This document shows, piece after piece, positions 52,026 through 64,000 of a DNA stretch of 64,000 nt; the stretch's first letter is position 1, and every line of letters starts with the position of its first letter. The notes beneath the pieces were generated by a model. The model searched no databases. It saw only the letters and a list, made by a program, of their open reading frames with translations, and was not told the origin of the DNA. This DNA is from Octopus vulgaris (Eukaryota). The translations under genes were made by a program, and so were the position numbers. The stretch is from positions 3,162,001 through 3,226,000 of the forward strand of contig OX597835.1 of assembly GCA_951406725.2 (NCBI GenBank). The letters are read 5' to 3'.

Positions 52026-52426
52026 TCTATGTTTGACTTTTGCTATATATTGGTACAAGTTGGCTCCAAGTCTCACCCAGAGACCTCAAGAGACAACAGG
52101 TTGCAAGTTCGTATTGTTGTTATGCCTAGTGTGCCATATATTTGGTTTTGCATTTAGTGTTGTACTAGTGAATGCCTAAATAAATAAAAAATAAAATTAT
52201 GTTTGTTTTAAAACTTGAGATTACATAAAAAGTATTTTGCGTAGGATATGAGCAGTTCCCATGAGCACAATCTTTTGAATTTCTGCCATTTTGGGGTTTC
52301 CTGGTATCTGAGTTAGGTAGCGGTCAGCCCCTTTTGCTATCATTCCCAGGGCACCTATGACAACAGGTATTGTTTTAGTCTTCAGGTTCCACTTTTGCTG
52401 ATTTTTATTTCAAGATCTTTATATTT
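52026..52426 (-). mobile_element. R4/Dong-type LINE 3' end flanked by (TAA)n
   Basis: WNLKTKTIPVVIGALGMIAKG..EIQKIVLMGTAHILRKILFM*, then a 3' UTR and (AAT)n tail. Confidence 0.9.
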
Positions 52427-52463
52427 TTATTATTATTATTATTATCATTATTATTATTATAAC

Positions 52464-53013
52464 TGAGTGAGAGAGCAGTACATGCCATCAAAGTAACACT
52501 TGGGTAAAATATACGAAGCCCAGTATACCCATCAAGACTATCCGTGTGATACCCGCCTGGTTACACAAGGTACATGCATCACAACCATATGTGCGCAACA
52601 TGGTAGTTTCATATCAAGATAAACAGCGCATGAACTTGCAGGTGAGGCCCAGTTAGAATTTTCTTCAGGTTGAGTAGCCCATCCCTGAATACGGGTTACC
52701 TAAGATTGTTGAACGAAACACCCATGTTTCCAGAAGTGAATTATCCAAATCCCAAAGAATTCCTCTCAACACATGGCTATGATGCTCCCCCACTATTTCT
52801 GCTCGTGATCAGAGATGCACATATCGTCAGCCACTAAGGGACATGCACAACTTGTTATGGCCAAAAAACGGACAAGCAAATCTGTGGTACTGAGCAAAAT
52901 ATTTGCTGTAGTCCATCTTTTATATACCAAGACAAAAGAATGTACATGATAACACTTCCAATCAGTTAAGATGAGAAGCCATGAGAGCCAGTGCCTTGTA
53001 CTGTATCAGGGCA
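52464..53013. mobile_element. Element E copy 2 (550 bp, TG...CA termini)
   Basis: Begins TGAGTGAGAG and ends CAGGGCA; (TTA)n on both sides. Confidence 0.85.
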
Positions 53014-53415
53014 TTTATTATTACTATTATTATTATTATTATTATTGAGAAAGCAGCGAGCTGGCAGAATGGTTAGCACGCTGGGCGAAATGCTTAGTGG
53101 TATTTCGTCCGTCTTTACAGTTTGAGTTCAAATTCCGCCGGAGTTAACTTTGCGTTTCATTCTTTTGGAGTCGATAAAATAAGTACCAATCGAGCACTAG
53201 TGTCGATGTAATCGACTAGTCCCCTCCCCTGAAATTTCAGGCCTCGTGCCCTTAGTAGAAAGGATTATGACGAAACCGTTCTGCACGCCCTCGTTCAGTA
53301 TCCCGGTATTACTGACTTGTGGGGTTGTGTCGAACAGCTGCTGTCACGTGAGGGATGGATCTGTCTGTCGGCTGAGTCTATAGTGATGATCGCCTCGCAG
53401 CGCCCTCCTTCAATC

Positions 53416-53613
53416 GGGATGGGCTACTCGACCTGAAGAAAATTTATAACTGGGTCCCACCCGCAAAGTCATGCACTGTTTATCTTAATATGAAATCCCC
53501 ATGTCGCGCACATATGGTTGTGATGCGTGTACCTGGTATACCCTTATCAGACGGGTAGTCATGATGGGTATACTTGGCTTCGTATATTTTTATCGCAGTG
53601 TCACTTTGATGGC
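53416..53613. mobile_element. Element E-related partial copy, inverted relative to copies 1 and 2
   Basis: Reverse complement of about 630-827; fused to the LINE fragment that follows. Confidence 0.8.
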
Positions 53614-54060
53614 GACCAAGTCATAGAGGCGACTCGACCAGATATCGTGCTCATCCATAAAGATGAAAAAAAAGTAAAGATAATAGATGTTGCAATACCA
53701 GACGATTCGAGGGTGAAATGTAAGGAAACAGAAAAGATTGAGAAATACCAGTCACTGCGGGACGAGATAGGAAAGTTATGGGACATAAGGAAAATAATGA
53801 TGATAGGGGTGGTAATCAGAGCATTAAGGAGCAGTTTCTAAGGGCTTTGAAAAACATATTAAGAATATTGGAGTTACTGTCAGACTTGAGGTGATCCAGA
53901 AGACAGTATTGTTGGGTACAGCTCGCATTCTAAGGAAAGTGTTGTCTATCTGAGTTACAGGAGAAGGCACTAAAGGGAAGCCTTTGGTGGTTTGTTGTTG
54001 CCTGCTTTCAAGTAAAGAATAACCAGTAATTAAGAACTATCAGAAAGACTTTCATAGCTG
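53613..54060 (+). mobile_element. R4/Dong-type LINE RLE domain and 3' UTR
   Basis: RPDIVLIHK..IIDVAIPDDSRV..EKIEKYQSL, then IQKTVLLGTARILRKVLSI*. Confidence 0.9.
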
Positions 54061-54090
54061 ATAATAATGGTGATAATGATGATGCTGATG

Positions 54091-54560
54091 ATTTCTTTTA
54101 TTGTCCACAGGGGCCGAAACATGGAGGACAATATCGAAGGACGAGTTACAATAGAAAAAGAAATTGATCAAGGGGAGATAATAGCACATTTAAGGATATA
54201 TAACAGAAAGTAGAATAAATAGAATCCCTAATAGCGGGGCAGTCCATTTAGGATAATCCGGGGATAAACCCCACACAAAAATCTCGGATTACTCTGCCAT
54301 CCCCAAGGCATGAGAAAGTGCCCTCTTCCAGTTTCTTTCTTCCTGCTCAGAGTCGGTCCATTCAGCCTCTCCAGTCCTGCCACTACCGATAAACACACTA
54401 GAATCGGCACTTCCCTCACCTTCCTCTTCCAATGATATTTTAAGAAATTGATGAGGGCTTGGCCAAATAGGAAAGTGCCTGTCTTCAAACCTTTCAGACG
54501 GGTCCGCCATACAACCTCTTTTGCCACATCCACTAAGCAGACGAAGATCTGCCTTCCTTC
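54091..54560 (-). mobile_element. L1/Tx1-like LINE 3' end
   Basis: IFVCLVDVAKEVVWRTRLK resembles the L1/Tx1 ORF2 C-terminal AK..IW..R motif; 3' UTR ends CCCCTGTGGACAATAAAAGAAAT. Confidence 0.65.
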
Positions 54561-54589
54561 ACTGCTGCTGCTAATAGTAATAATAATAA

Positions 54590-54810
54590 TAATAACCCTT
54601 TCTATTATAGGCACAAGGGCTTGAAATTTTGGGTTAAGGGACTAGATGATTACATCGACCCCAGTGCTTCACTGGTACTTAATTTATCGACTCCGAAAGG
54701 ATGAAAGGCAAAGTCGACTTTGGCGGAATTTGAACTCAGAACGTAACAGCAGACGAAATGCCGCTAACAATTTCACCCGGCGGGGCTAACGATTCTGCCA
54801 GCTCACCGCA
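54590..54810 (-). mobile_element. SINE family A with the alternative tail ending (TTA)n
   Basis: Same head and body; tail AATTTCAAGCCCTTGTGCCTATAATAGAAAGGG(TTA)n. Confidence 0.88.
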
Positions 54811-55039
54811 TTTAATGGTTTCCAGTATTTCAATGGATTAAAAAGAGCAAAACGTCTCTGAGTATCTCCTACCGTTTCTGCACCACGCACAGCCTCTCCG
54901 ATACCTTCGGCCTTTATTCACGCTTAGTAAAATAGTTTTATCTAACAAGAGTTAGTTCCCTTAGTTTAAATCGCTTTGAACTTTAAAAGTTATTTCCCTT
55001 TATAGGTGTGCGCGTGTGTGTGAAACAATTTTTTTTTTC

Positions 55040-55392
55040 TTTTATTTCTTTTACTTGTCTCCGTCATTTGACTGCGGCCATGCTGGAGCACCGCCTTAAG
55101 TCAGACAAATCGACCCCAGGACTTATTCTTTGTAAGCCTAGTACTTATTCTATTGGTCTGTTTTGCCGAACCGCTAAGTTACGGGGACGTAAACACACCA
55201 GCATCGATTGTCAAGCGATGTTGGGGGGACAAACATATATATGACAGGCTTCTTTCAGTTTCCGTCTACCAAATCCACTCACAAGGCTTTGGTCGGCCCG
55301 AGGCTATAGTAGAAGACACTTGCCCAAGGTGCCACGCTGTGGGAATGAACCCGGAACCATGTGGTTCGTAAGCAACCTACTTACTACATAGC
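55040..55392 (-). mobile_element. SINE family B
   Basis: Homology to the other B copies; very short internal microsatellite. Confidence 0.9.
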
Positions 55393-55694
55393 AAATTCTG
55401 CATATTTGTCTATAACTGTTACTCTTTTGCTAGTTTCAGTCATTGTACTGAGGTCATGCTGGAGCAGGGACTTCTAACAGTGTACTTGATCACACTGAAG
55501 CAAGGACTTATTTTTACCAACTTTTATTTATTTATTTTATTTTAAATCAACCCCAAAAGAATGAAAGCTAAAACAGACCTCATTAAATATATATATAAAG
55601 AACCAAATCTCACAATGAGGAAGCTTTTTCTGATGATGACCAATTCTTACAGACACCTACTTTGGATTTAGACATTTTTCTTTCTAAATTTACA

Positions 55695-55838
55695 TGGTAA
55701 GTAGCTTGCTTACCAACCACATGGTTCCGGGTTCAGTCCCACTGCGTGGCACCTTGGGCAAGTGTCTTCAACTATAGCCTTGGGCCAACCAAAGCCTTGT
55801 GAGTGGATTTGGTAGACGGAAACTGAAAGAAGCCTGTC

Positions 55839-55890
<52 letters not shown>

Positions 55891-56412
55891 GAAATCCTCC
55901 TCAAATTATGCACAAATGGCATTGTGGAAGAGTGAGAGAATATTAGACAGTGTAGTCCTAGATACATAATCCCAGAAAGAAGGATGGAATGGTCAGGTCT
56001 GGAACTCCTTCAAGATTAATCAGCCGAAATTGCGAAGATGATCCGGTTCATGACTGAAGATTGAGGGCTTCGAATGTCCCGTCCGTGATTTTTGTATCGT
56101 CTTCTAAATGTTTTGCGTTCCTGTCCCAGTTTGTATTTTTTTACATATATATATATATATATATATACATATATGTGTGTGTGTCTGCGTTTGTCCCCCC
56201 CCAACATTGCTTGACAACTGATGCTGGTGTGTTTACGTCCCTGTAACTTAGCAATTTGGCAAAGGGACCGATAGAATAAGCACAAGGTTTACAAAGAATA
56301 AGTTCTGGGGTCGACTGGTTTGACTAAAGGTGGTTTGACTAAAGGTGGTTTGACTAAAGGTGGTTTGACTAAAGCATGGCTGCAGTCAAATGACTGAAAC
56401 AAGTAAAAGAAA
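55695..56412 (+). mobile_element. SINE family B split by about 250 bp of foreign sequence inside its (TA)n
   Basis: 5' half at 55695-55842, 3' half at 56172-56412; 15-bp GGTTTGACTAAAGGT tandem expansion near 56317-56373. Confidence 0.85.
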
Positions 56413-56955
56413 AAACAAAAGCATGTTTTTGAAGAATCACAGCTTAATCCTCAATGCTTAATCCTTTATGTGTATAATCAAAGAGTCAAACATTAATTGA
56501 AGTATTGTTCAATGTGGTTTGTGGGTATTTGAAAATACTTCACAGAATGCCAACCATGCCCTACATAGTTATGGGTTGCTCTTTGGCAAGGCATATAGCA
56601 CGCATTTAGCCACCCTGCCAGGGATACAACGAAGTCATTGGACAGCAGCCTGGCAGATTGTGAAGCAGTAATGGAAGAGCTCAAATGAGCCGACGGTGCT
56701 TCTTAGATTGGTGCTGAGCAAAGGAATCCTGGAAGATGAATGGTCAGGATCACCAAGCTCTGTCAAGAGGGTAACTGAAACAACATCCAAAGGGTTGCGT
56801 AATCAGCTAATGAAAGATTCATTGTTCCATGATGATGGAACAGGGTGGAGACAGAGTTGTGGGAATCCAAGAAAGCAGCAAAAAACATTGCTCAATAAAG
56901 TATCCCTGTGCAAGATATGGATATTCCTGTGCTGGAAGAATCTGTTCGGAATGGA

Positions 56956-57410
56956 GGGCGTAGGTGTGGCTGTGTGGTAAGTAGCTTGCTTACAAACCAC
57001 ATGGTTCCAGGTTCAGTCCCACTCTGTGGCACCTTGGGCAAGTGTCTTCTACTATAGCCTCGGGCCGATTAAAGCCTTGTAAGTGGATTTGGTAGACGGA
57101 AACTGAAAGAAGTCCATCATGTATATATATGTGTGTGTGTATATATATGTGTGTGTGTGTGTGTGTGTGATTGTGTGTGTTATGTGTGTGTGTATGTTTG
57201 TGTGGCTGTGTTTGTCCCCACAACATCGCATGACAACCGATGCTGGTGTGTTTACGTCCCCGTAACTTAGCGGTTCCGCAAAAGAGACCGATCGAATAAT
57301 TACTAGGCTTACAAAGAATAAGTCCTGGGGTCGACTTGCTCGACTAAAGGTGGTGCTCCAGCATGGCCATAGTTAAATGACTGAAACAAGTAAAAGATTA
57401 AAAGAGAAAA
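56956..57410 (+). mobile_element. SINE family B, full length
   Basis: Head, CORE-like segment, microsatellite and tail are all present. Confidence 0.92.
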
Positions 57411-59056
57411 GAGACAGCCCATTTAAGAGTGAAAAATTACAGTAATGTTGAGAAGACCCTTAAGGAGGCAAGCTGGCAGAATTGTTAGCATGCCAGGTAA
57501 AATGTTTAGCACCATTTCATCTGACTTTTACATTTGAGTTCAAATCCCACCTGGGTCGGCTGCCTTTCATTCTTGTGGGGTTGGATACTAGGGACGGTTT
57601 AATAGACTTAACATCCCCCACACACACAGAAATCGCTGGCCTTGTGCTAAAATTTGAAACCAATATTAATAAGTCCCAGTTAGGAACATATGAACAGTTT
57701 GATTTTGGTTGAGTGTTGTTATGTGTATGTGTGCAGGGCATTTATATATATGTGTGTGTGTGTGTGTGCATGCATGCTTGTATGCATGACTGTGTTGTGT
57801 GTGTGTGAGTTTTTTTTCTGTTGTATGGAAACCTAACCAATCCAGAGAGTAACCCTTTTTGTTCAATGTTCTGATAAACTAATCCACAGCATGAACGGAA
57901 GAGAACAACTTAGGAGGAGAGTACAGAAAAATGAATTTCTATACGAAATAAATTAACAACAAAAAGAAGATTTACAATATTATTATTATTATTATTATTA
58001 TAATTAAAATCAGACAGATCCTTCATTAAGAACTCATCAGGAAAAGTCAGACCCAAAAAATAAAATAAGATTAATAAATAAAATTCAAACCAAAAAAAAA
58101 AGCATTTGAAGTTATTTCAAAAAAATATTTTGTCACAATTGAAAATATTTATAATTTGCATGTGTGTGTGTGTGTGTGTGTAAACAGGTTAACTTAATTC
58201 AAAACGTTTTCACATGGTATGTGTATACATACATACAAATATATATATATATATATATATGCATTCATACACATACATATATACATACGTATACATTTAC
58301 ACATATGCACACACACACACAAGCCATTATAAACAGAGAAAAAGAGAAAATTCAACAGTTCAACATTTACCAGCTCCCATCTCAGACAATCTATCCATGA
58401 CCTCATCTAGTCAACATACCCTAAATTAATTTCCTTTAAAAGTACAAACTTATAAGTTAAATCTCAACAAGTTGGATACAAATTTTGGCATTTCACCTAG
58501 GTTAAAAATAATACTCCACTTTTTGACTTTGGCTATTAAAATTATATTCCAAACACCAACATAAATTATTATACAAAAAAAAAAAAGAAAATTAAATTAG
58601 TTATATTCACTTGATTTTTCTTTAAAAAAATTTAATGAATAAAGGTGCAGATATGGCTGTGTGGTAAGAAGTTGGCTTTCCAGCCACATGGTTCCAGGTT
58701 CAGTCCCACTGTGTGGCACCTTGCGCAAGTGTCTTCTACTCCAGCCTTGGGCTGACCAAAGCCTTGTGAGTGGATTTGGTAGATGGAAACTGAAGGAAGC
58801 CCGTCATGTACATACATATTGTTTGTTCCTTCTCGAGCCATGCCTGGCTCATAGGGCCGGTTTCCTTGGCGTATAGATTCCCCACCTGGACGAGACACCT
58901 GTCCGTCGCAGGTGAGCTGCAAGATGCAGAAGGAAAGAGTGAGGGAAAGTTGTGGCAAGAGAGTCAGCACCTACAAGCCACAAGATTAGGGATGCTCAGC
59001 TGGGGAAGGTGGCAGGGGATGAGCCTATATGGAAGAGCAAACACACTTTTATTTAT

Positions 59057-59490
59057 ATCATCATCATCATCATCCTAGTCAGGTGTTGCACTATGTGATG
59101 CTGGGGTCATCACGATGTCTTGCCACCTTCTCCTGTCCCCCACCCCATGGACAGCTGAGTATAAAGACAATCCTGTGGCTGCGATGTCCTTCAGCCAAGA
59201 AGTGGGGGTGGTCTGCCTCTTTTACGTCTGCCGTCCACCTTGCCAGTTATGATCGTTCGCCCAAGGCCATCCTGGCGCATGACGTGGCCAAAGAACCGTA
59301 GCTTCTGCTTCATGATGTTTCGCCGAAGCGTCATCTCGCGACTGAGCTTTTCTAGTACCCAGTCATTCGTCCTTCTTTCCGTCCACGGCACTCTAAGGAT
59401 TCTGCGGTAACACCACATTTCAAAAGAGCTCACTCTTTTTCTCGCCTGCCTTCAATATTGTCCACGACTTGCAGCCGTACAGTGCAATGC
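59057..59490 (-). mobile_element. RTE (BovB-like) LINE 3' end with a (GAT)n tail
   Basis: LYGCKSWTI, then SFEMWCYRRILRVPWTERRTN..LRFFGHVMR..IITGKVDGRRKRGRP. Confidence 0.9.
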
Positions 59491-60453
59491 TTCAACGACA
59501 AGTGACCAAGACCTTTTTGCGATATGTCGTGCTTGAGAAGACCCAGCAAGCCGAGTGGAATCGTAGTTGTGGCTGATGTTGGTCTCCTGTAACTGGCAAC
59601 CATGTCGGTGGCACATAAAAAGCACATATTATACATATATGCATGCATTGATGTATGTATAAAAACCAAATGTTTATTTTGAAACAGAAGAAAAGAATTT
59701 GGCTAAATCTAAGTGAAACATTAGCCTCAGAGAGAGCCTCTACAAGGTTGATCAGACTGCCGTGGCCAAAATAACAGGTAAGTCTTCCTAAAAAACTCAC
59801 CTTACCAAAGAAGAATATAGTTTCTTGTATACAGGACATATTTGATAATCATGGCTGGAACGCATTTAATTAGTTAAATTTCTTAATACAACTAATGTCA
59901 TCATTAAAGTAGAAAAAAAAAATCAAGTTACGGACAACACTGTCCAAAAACAATAACGGACATCTTCCTTTTATTTTTTTTTTTGTTGGTGAAGAGCATT
60001 AGTAAATAAAATTTATGAATAACAAAATATATAAAATTCATTAAATTAGACCAGTTTATATGTCATGAAAGAAGATAGAGGTGAATTTTGAAATCTCCAG
60101 AGAAATTTCTCGGAACTGCTAAGAGATGTCTTGTTGACCAACATCATCTCAAAATATATATTTTTACAAAACCCCAACGATACTCATCATCAACACTGTC
60201 CAACACTCTTCTAATTCCAACTCTAAATAGATTGAGATCCTGTCCTTCTCCGGAATCACTGAACCTTGCCTGCTTTTATCTTTCCATTATGGCTGCATAA
60301 TGAAATACGGTGTCCCAACAAGTGATTAATATCTACTGACCAAACTGACCAGATCCGGCCACCGACATCTCCTGTACGATGTCATTCTAAAACTAAACAA
60401 GCACAACCCCAAAATATTAAACCTAGGAGATAATGAACGATTCATTAAAAACT

Positions 60454-60845
60454 GGATGGATGGAAGCACTCCGTCGGTTCCGACGACGAGGGTTCCGGTT
60501 GATCCGAATCAACGGAACAGCCTGCTCGTGAAATTAATGTGTAAGTGGCTGAGCATTCCACAGACACGTGTACCCTTAACGTAGTTCTCGGGGATATTCA
60601 GCGTGACACAGAGAGTGACAAGGCCGGCCCTTTGAAATACAGGTACAACAGAAACAGGAAGTAAGAGTGAGAGGAAGTTTGTGGCGAAAGAGTACAGCAG
60701 GGATCACCACCATCCCCTGCCGGAGCCTCGTGGAGCTTTTAGGTGTTTTCGCTCAATAAACACTCACAACGCCCGGTCTGGGAATCGAAACCGCGATCCT
60801 ATGACCGCGAGTCTGCTGCCCTAACCACTGGGCCATTGCGCCTCC
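60454..60845 (-). mobile_element. SINE family C with a (TCCA)n tail
   Basis: TSD CATT(A/C)AAAACT at 60443-60453 and 60846-60856. Confidence 0.92.
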
Positions 60846-61018
60846 CATTCAAAACTATGTGAATGAATAAAGCATACCACGTGACAGAATAATCTGAATG
60901 CTAAACGGTTCGTAATAATGAAGATATTTGACTAGAGTTCTTCGTTATTTTTCAAAATTAACCGAATCAAAGGCAACATATGTCAACAGGAATCATCATC
61001 ACCATCATCACTGTTTAA

Positions 61019-61439
61019 CCCTTTCGTTACTGTATTTATTTTGAGATGCTCTGTGTTTCTTCCGTTTGCCAGCTCCGTCTGACTCCTGTGCGGGTGGCAC
61101 GTAAAAAGCACCCACTACACTCACGGAGTGGTTGGCGTTAGGAAGGGCATCCAGCCGTAGGAACACTGCCAGATCTGACTGGGCCTGATGAAGCCTTCCA
61201 GCTTCACAGACCCCAGTTGAACCGTCCAACCCATGCTAGCATGGAGAACGGACGCTAAATGATGATGATGATGATGATAACGAATAATTTAGTAAAATAA
61301 CATGGTTATCATTGAGCTAGTGTTAGGAACATAAATTGTGACTAAGATTTGGTGGAAGATTTGAATTCAAAACTTATGAAAACAAGACATTTGTACTAAA
61401 GACCCAGAGCCGGTTTCAGCCGGGTTGGTAACAAAAGGG
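61019..61439. mobile_element. piggyBac-like MITE containing a family D repeat
   Basis: TTAA TSDs at 61015-61018 and 61440-61443; TIRs CCCTTTCGTTAC and GTAACAAAAGGG. Confidence 0.88.
61068..61278 (+). mobile_element. Family D retroposon 3' part with a (GAT)n tail
   Basis: GGTTGGCGTTAGGAAGGGCATCCAGCCGTA motif; tail CCGTCCAACCCATGCTAGCATGG..(GAT)n; related fragments at 59500-59625 and 61444-61490. Confidence 0.75.
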
Positions 61440-62255
61440 TTAACATCCGTCTTCCATGCTGGCATGGGTTGGACGGTTTGACAGGAGCCGGCCAGGTAGA
61501 AAGACTAATGTAACCTGTATAATAGAGAGACGATGGCGGTTAAGGAAGAGAGGTAAGGCCAAGATGTTGAGATATTCCGAACACTACGAGATGGTCGTTA
61601 TAGGAAGAGATTAAGATCAGTGACGTCATTTGAAGTAGATTGGGGCAGATAAAAGACATTGGACTTGAAAATCAGAGACAAACACACAGAGGGGGGGAGG
61701 GGGGGAGCTTGGTTTGTAATTTTAAAAATTATCAAATGATTGAAAAAAATTTTTTAAAAAATGAAAATAAGATAATATCATATTATATTACATTAAAAAT
61801 ACACCATAATTGCTCCACAAATTTGAACTGAATTACAAACTCAGCCTCAGTTTTAATTTGGTTTTTTTTTTCTTTCTTTTTTATATATCATAAACAAGAA
61901 AACCAACAAACAAGAATAAAAAAAATAAAAAGTGAAAAAGGATTTTTAAAAAATGGCATCTCACACCCCAAAAGAGGATTTTAAAAAAAAAGGTACCAAA
62001 TATTAATCAACAAGAGTTAAGGACTATGGTAATGTGTGTGTGTTTTACAGTTACATTTTATTAAATACACAGGCACACTTATATTAAACAATCCTAGTTT
62101 AATGACTAATCTTTCTCTAAAAATATGTTCTGATGTGAGTGTGCAGGTATATACTCTAACGATTATCTGTACAGATTCTGAAAGCAATGCAAGTGTTAAT
62201 TACAACTTCAATTGTTTTAAAAATAAACGCAAATAAAACAATCTTGACTGACTGA

Positions 62256-62324
<69 letters not shown>

Positions 62325-62370
62325 GAGGGAGACAGAGTTAGACAAACAGGTGATAAGGAAGAAGAGACAC

Positions 62371-62406
<36 letters not shown>

Positions 62407-62819
62407 TTCCAAACCCAATCACACATTTGAGAAGAAAAGAAGAGATAAACGTATCACAATGGCCTTGACATGAAACAATGCTGTCACTAAAATAAACATT
62501 TTATTCATCGGATCACCCCCTACCCCACCACACGCAAACGATGTATGCGCTTGGCGTTTCGCCACAGATGAAAAGAAACGAGAAATAAAAGATTGTGATG
62601 GCATATCTAAGTATATTCACATGAATCTATGCCTTCACCAGTGAAGACAGAAGGCACACACTGGAACATCTCCACGTTTGAAAATACTCAAAACCATCAT
62701 CGGAATTGCCATATTTCCAAGACATCACAATCGTGATAGAACTTACAAAAAAAAAAAAAAAAAAAAAAGGATTTACTATTAGCTTAGGCCACCCACAAGG
62801 ACAATGATGACCGCAATAA

Positions 62820-64000
62820 CAATAATGGTTCCAAATTTTGGCACAAAGCCAGTAAATTCGGGGAAGGACCTAAGTCAGTGACATGGACCTCAATAGGGGT
62901 AACTGGCAATTATTTTACTGACCCCTGAAAGGATGACAGGCAAAATTAACCTAGTCAGGATTTGAACTCAGAATGTAAAGACAGACAGAATGCTGCTAGG
63001 CATTTTGCCTGGCGCCATGCTAACAGTTTGTGCCATCTCATCACCTTCTATAATAATAATAATAATAATAATAAGTTATATTTTGGAAGATGAGAAGAAA
63101 ACATTTCAAGTCTATCATAATACTCTTATTTGGTTAGATGAGGAAAGAAAGTCTGTAGATGAAACAAAATTAAGAAAAAGATGCTGAACGACTGATATTG
63201 TGATTGCTGTTGATGATGATGACGATGATGATGTATTTTATTGTTTTAATGTTTCGTTTTGGCTAATTATTGTAGGGGTGGAGGCAGTCGATTGAAACCC
63301 TACTCCAGTACTACATAAGGGTTTTAAATTTTGCCACAAGGGCAGTCACTTTGGAGAGGGGTCAAATCGATTACATCAACCCCCTCAGTGTTTCACTGGT
63401 ACTTAATTTATCAACCCAGAGAGGGTGAAAGGCAAAGTCCATCTCGGCGGAATTTGAACTCAGAACATAGCGAACGGTGAAATATCACAAAGCATTTCGT
63501 CCAGCATGCTAATGATTCTGCCAGCTCACCGTTTTAAATAATAATAATAATAATAATCGTTTCTGCTAAAAGCACATGGCCTGAAATTTTGGGGGAAGGG
63601 ACTAGTCAATTACATCGACCCCAGTATTTCACTGGTACTCGATTTATTGACACCAAAAGGATGGAAAGCAAAGTCAACTCACCACCTTAATAATGATGAT
63701 ACTAATAATACTACTAATAAAAACAGATTCAAAGTTTGGCAAAGCGTCAGCAGACTGAGGGGAGGGGTTAAGTCGATTACACTGACCCCAGTATTTGACT
63801 GGTATCTATTATACCAACCCCAAAAGGATGAAAGGCAGAGTTGAACTCGTTGGAATTTGAACTCACAACATAAAGATGGATGAAATGCCACAAGGCAATT
63901 TGTCCGACATGCCAATGGGTCGGCCAGCCCTCCACCTTCATAATAATAATAATAATAATAATAATCCTTTCTGCAATAGGCACAAGGCCTGAAATTTGGG
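62820..64000 (-). mobile_element. Cluster of about five same-orientation family A SINEs ((TTA)n-tail type)
   Basis: Copies at about 62820-63045, 63320-63530, 63555-63680, 63730-63935 and 63965 to the window end, mostly separated by (TAA)n. Confidence 0.85.

Noticed and set aside
59688-59777. 90-nt plus-strand exon with a perfect CAG|GTAAGT donor
   Set aside because: Stops occur in all three phases and the acceptor is weak; unsupported as a coding exon.

Overview
Animal genomic DNA, not prokaryotic. It is AT-rich, saturated with microsatellites and dominated by three tRNA-headed SINE families, a profile I associate with octopus/coleoid cephalopod genomes (inference, no database check). I found no intact host protein-coding gene, rRNA, genuine tRNA or CRISPR array; nearly all listed ORFs are microsatellite or SINE artefacts. 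The recognisable coding remnants are all transposable elements: R4/Dong-type RLE LINEs, RTE LINEs, an L1/Tx1-like LINE, a Penelope-like GIY-YIG end, three mariner copies, a maT/Tc1-like fragment, and a decayed autonomous Helitron plus non-autonomous Helitrons. The most notable signals are: several degenerate hammerhead-ribozyme motifs in short Penelope-like elements, a 3' tail shared between the commonest SINE and the Tx1-like LINE, head/tail module swapping among the SINEs, several long foldbacks or palindromes next to (TA)n, a 550-bp TG...CA element found twice within (TAA)n tracts, and a 33-bp repeat with a constant AP-1 core and variable spacers. Family labels A-E are my own. Coordinates were read by eye and may be off by a few bases.
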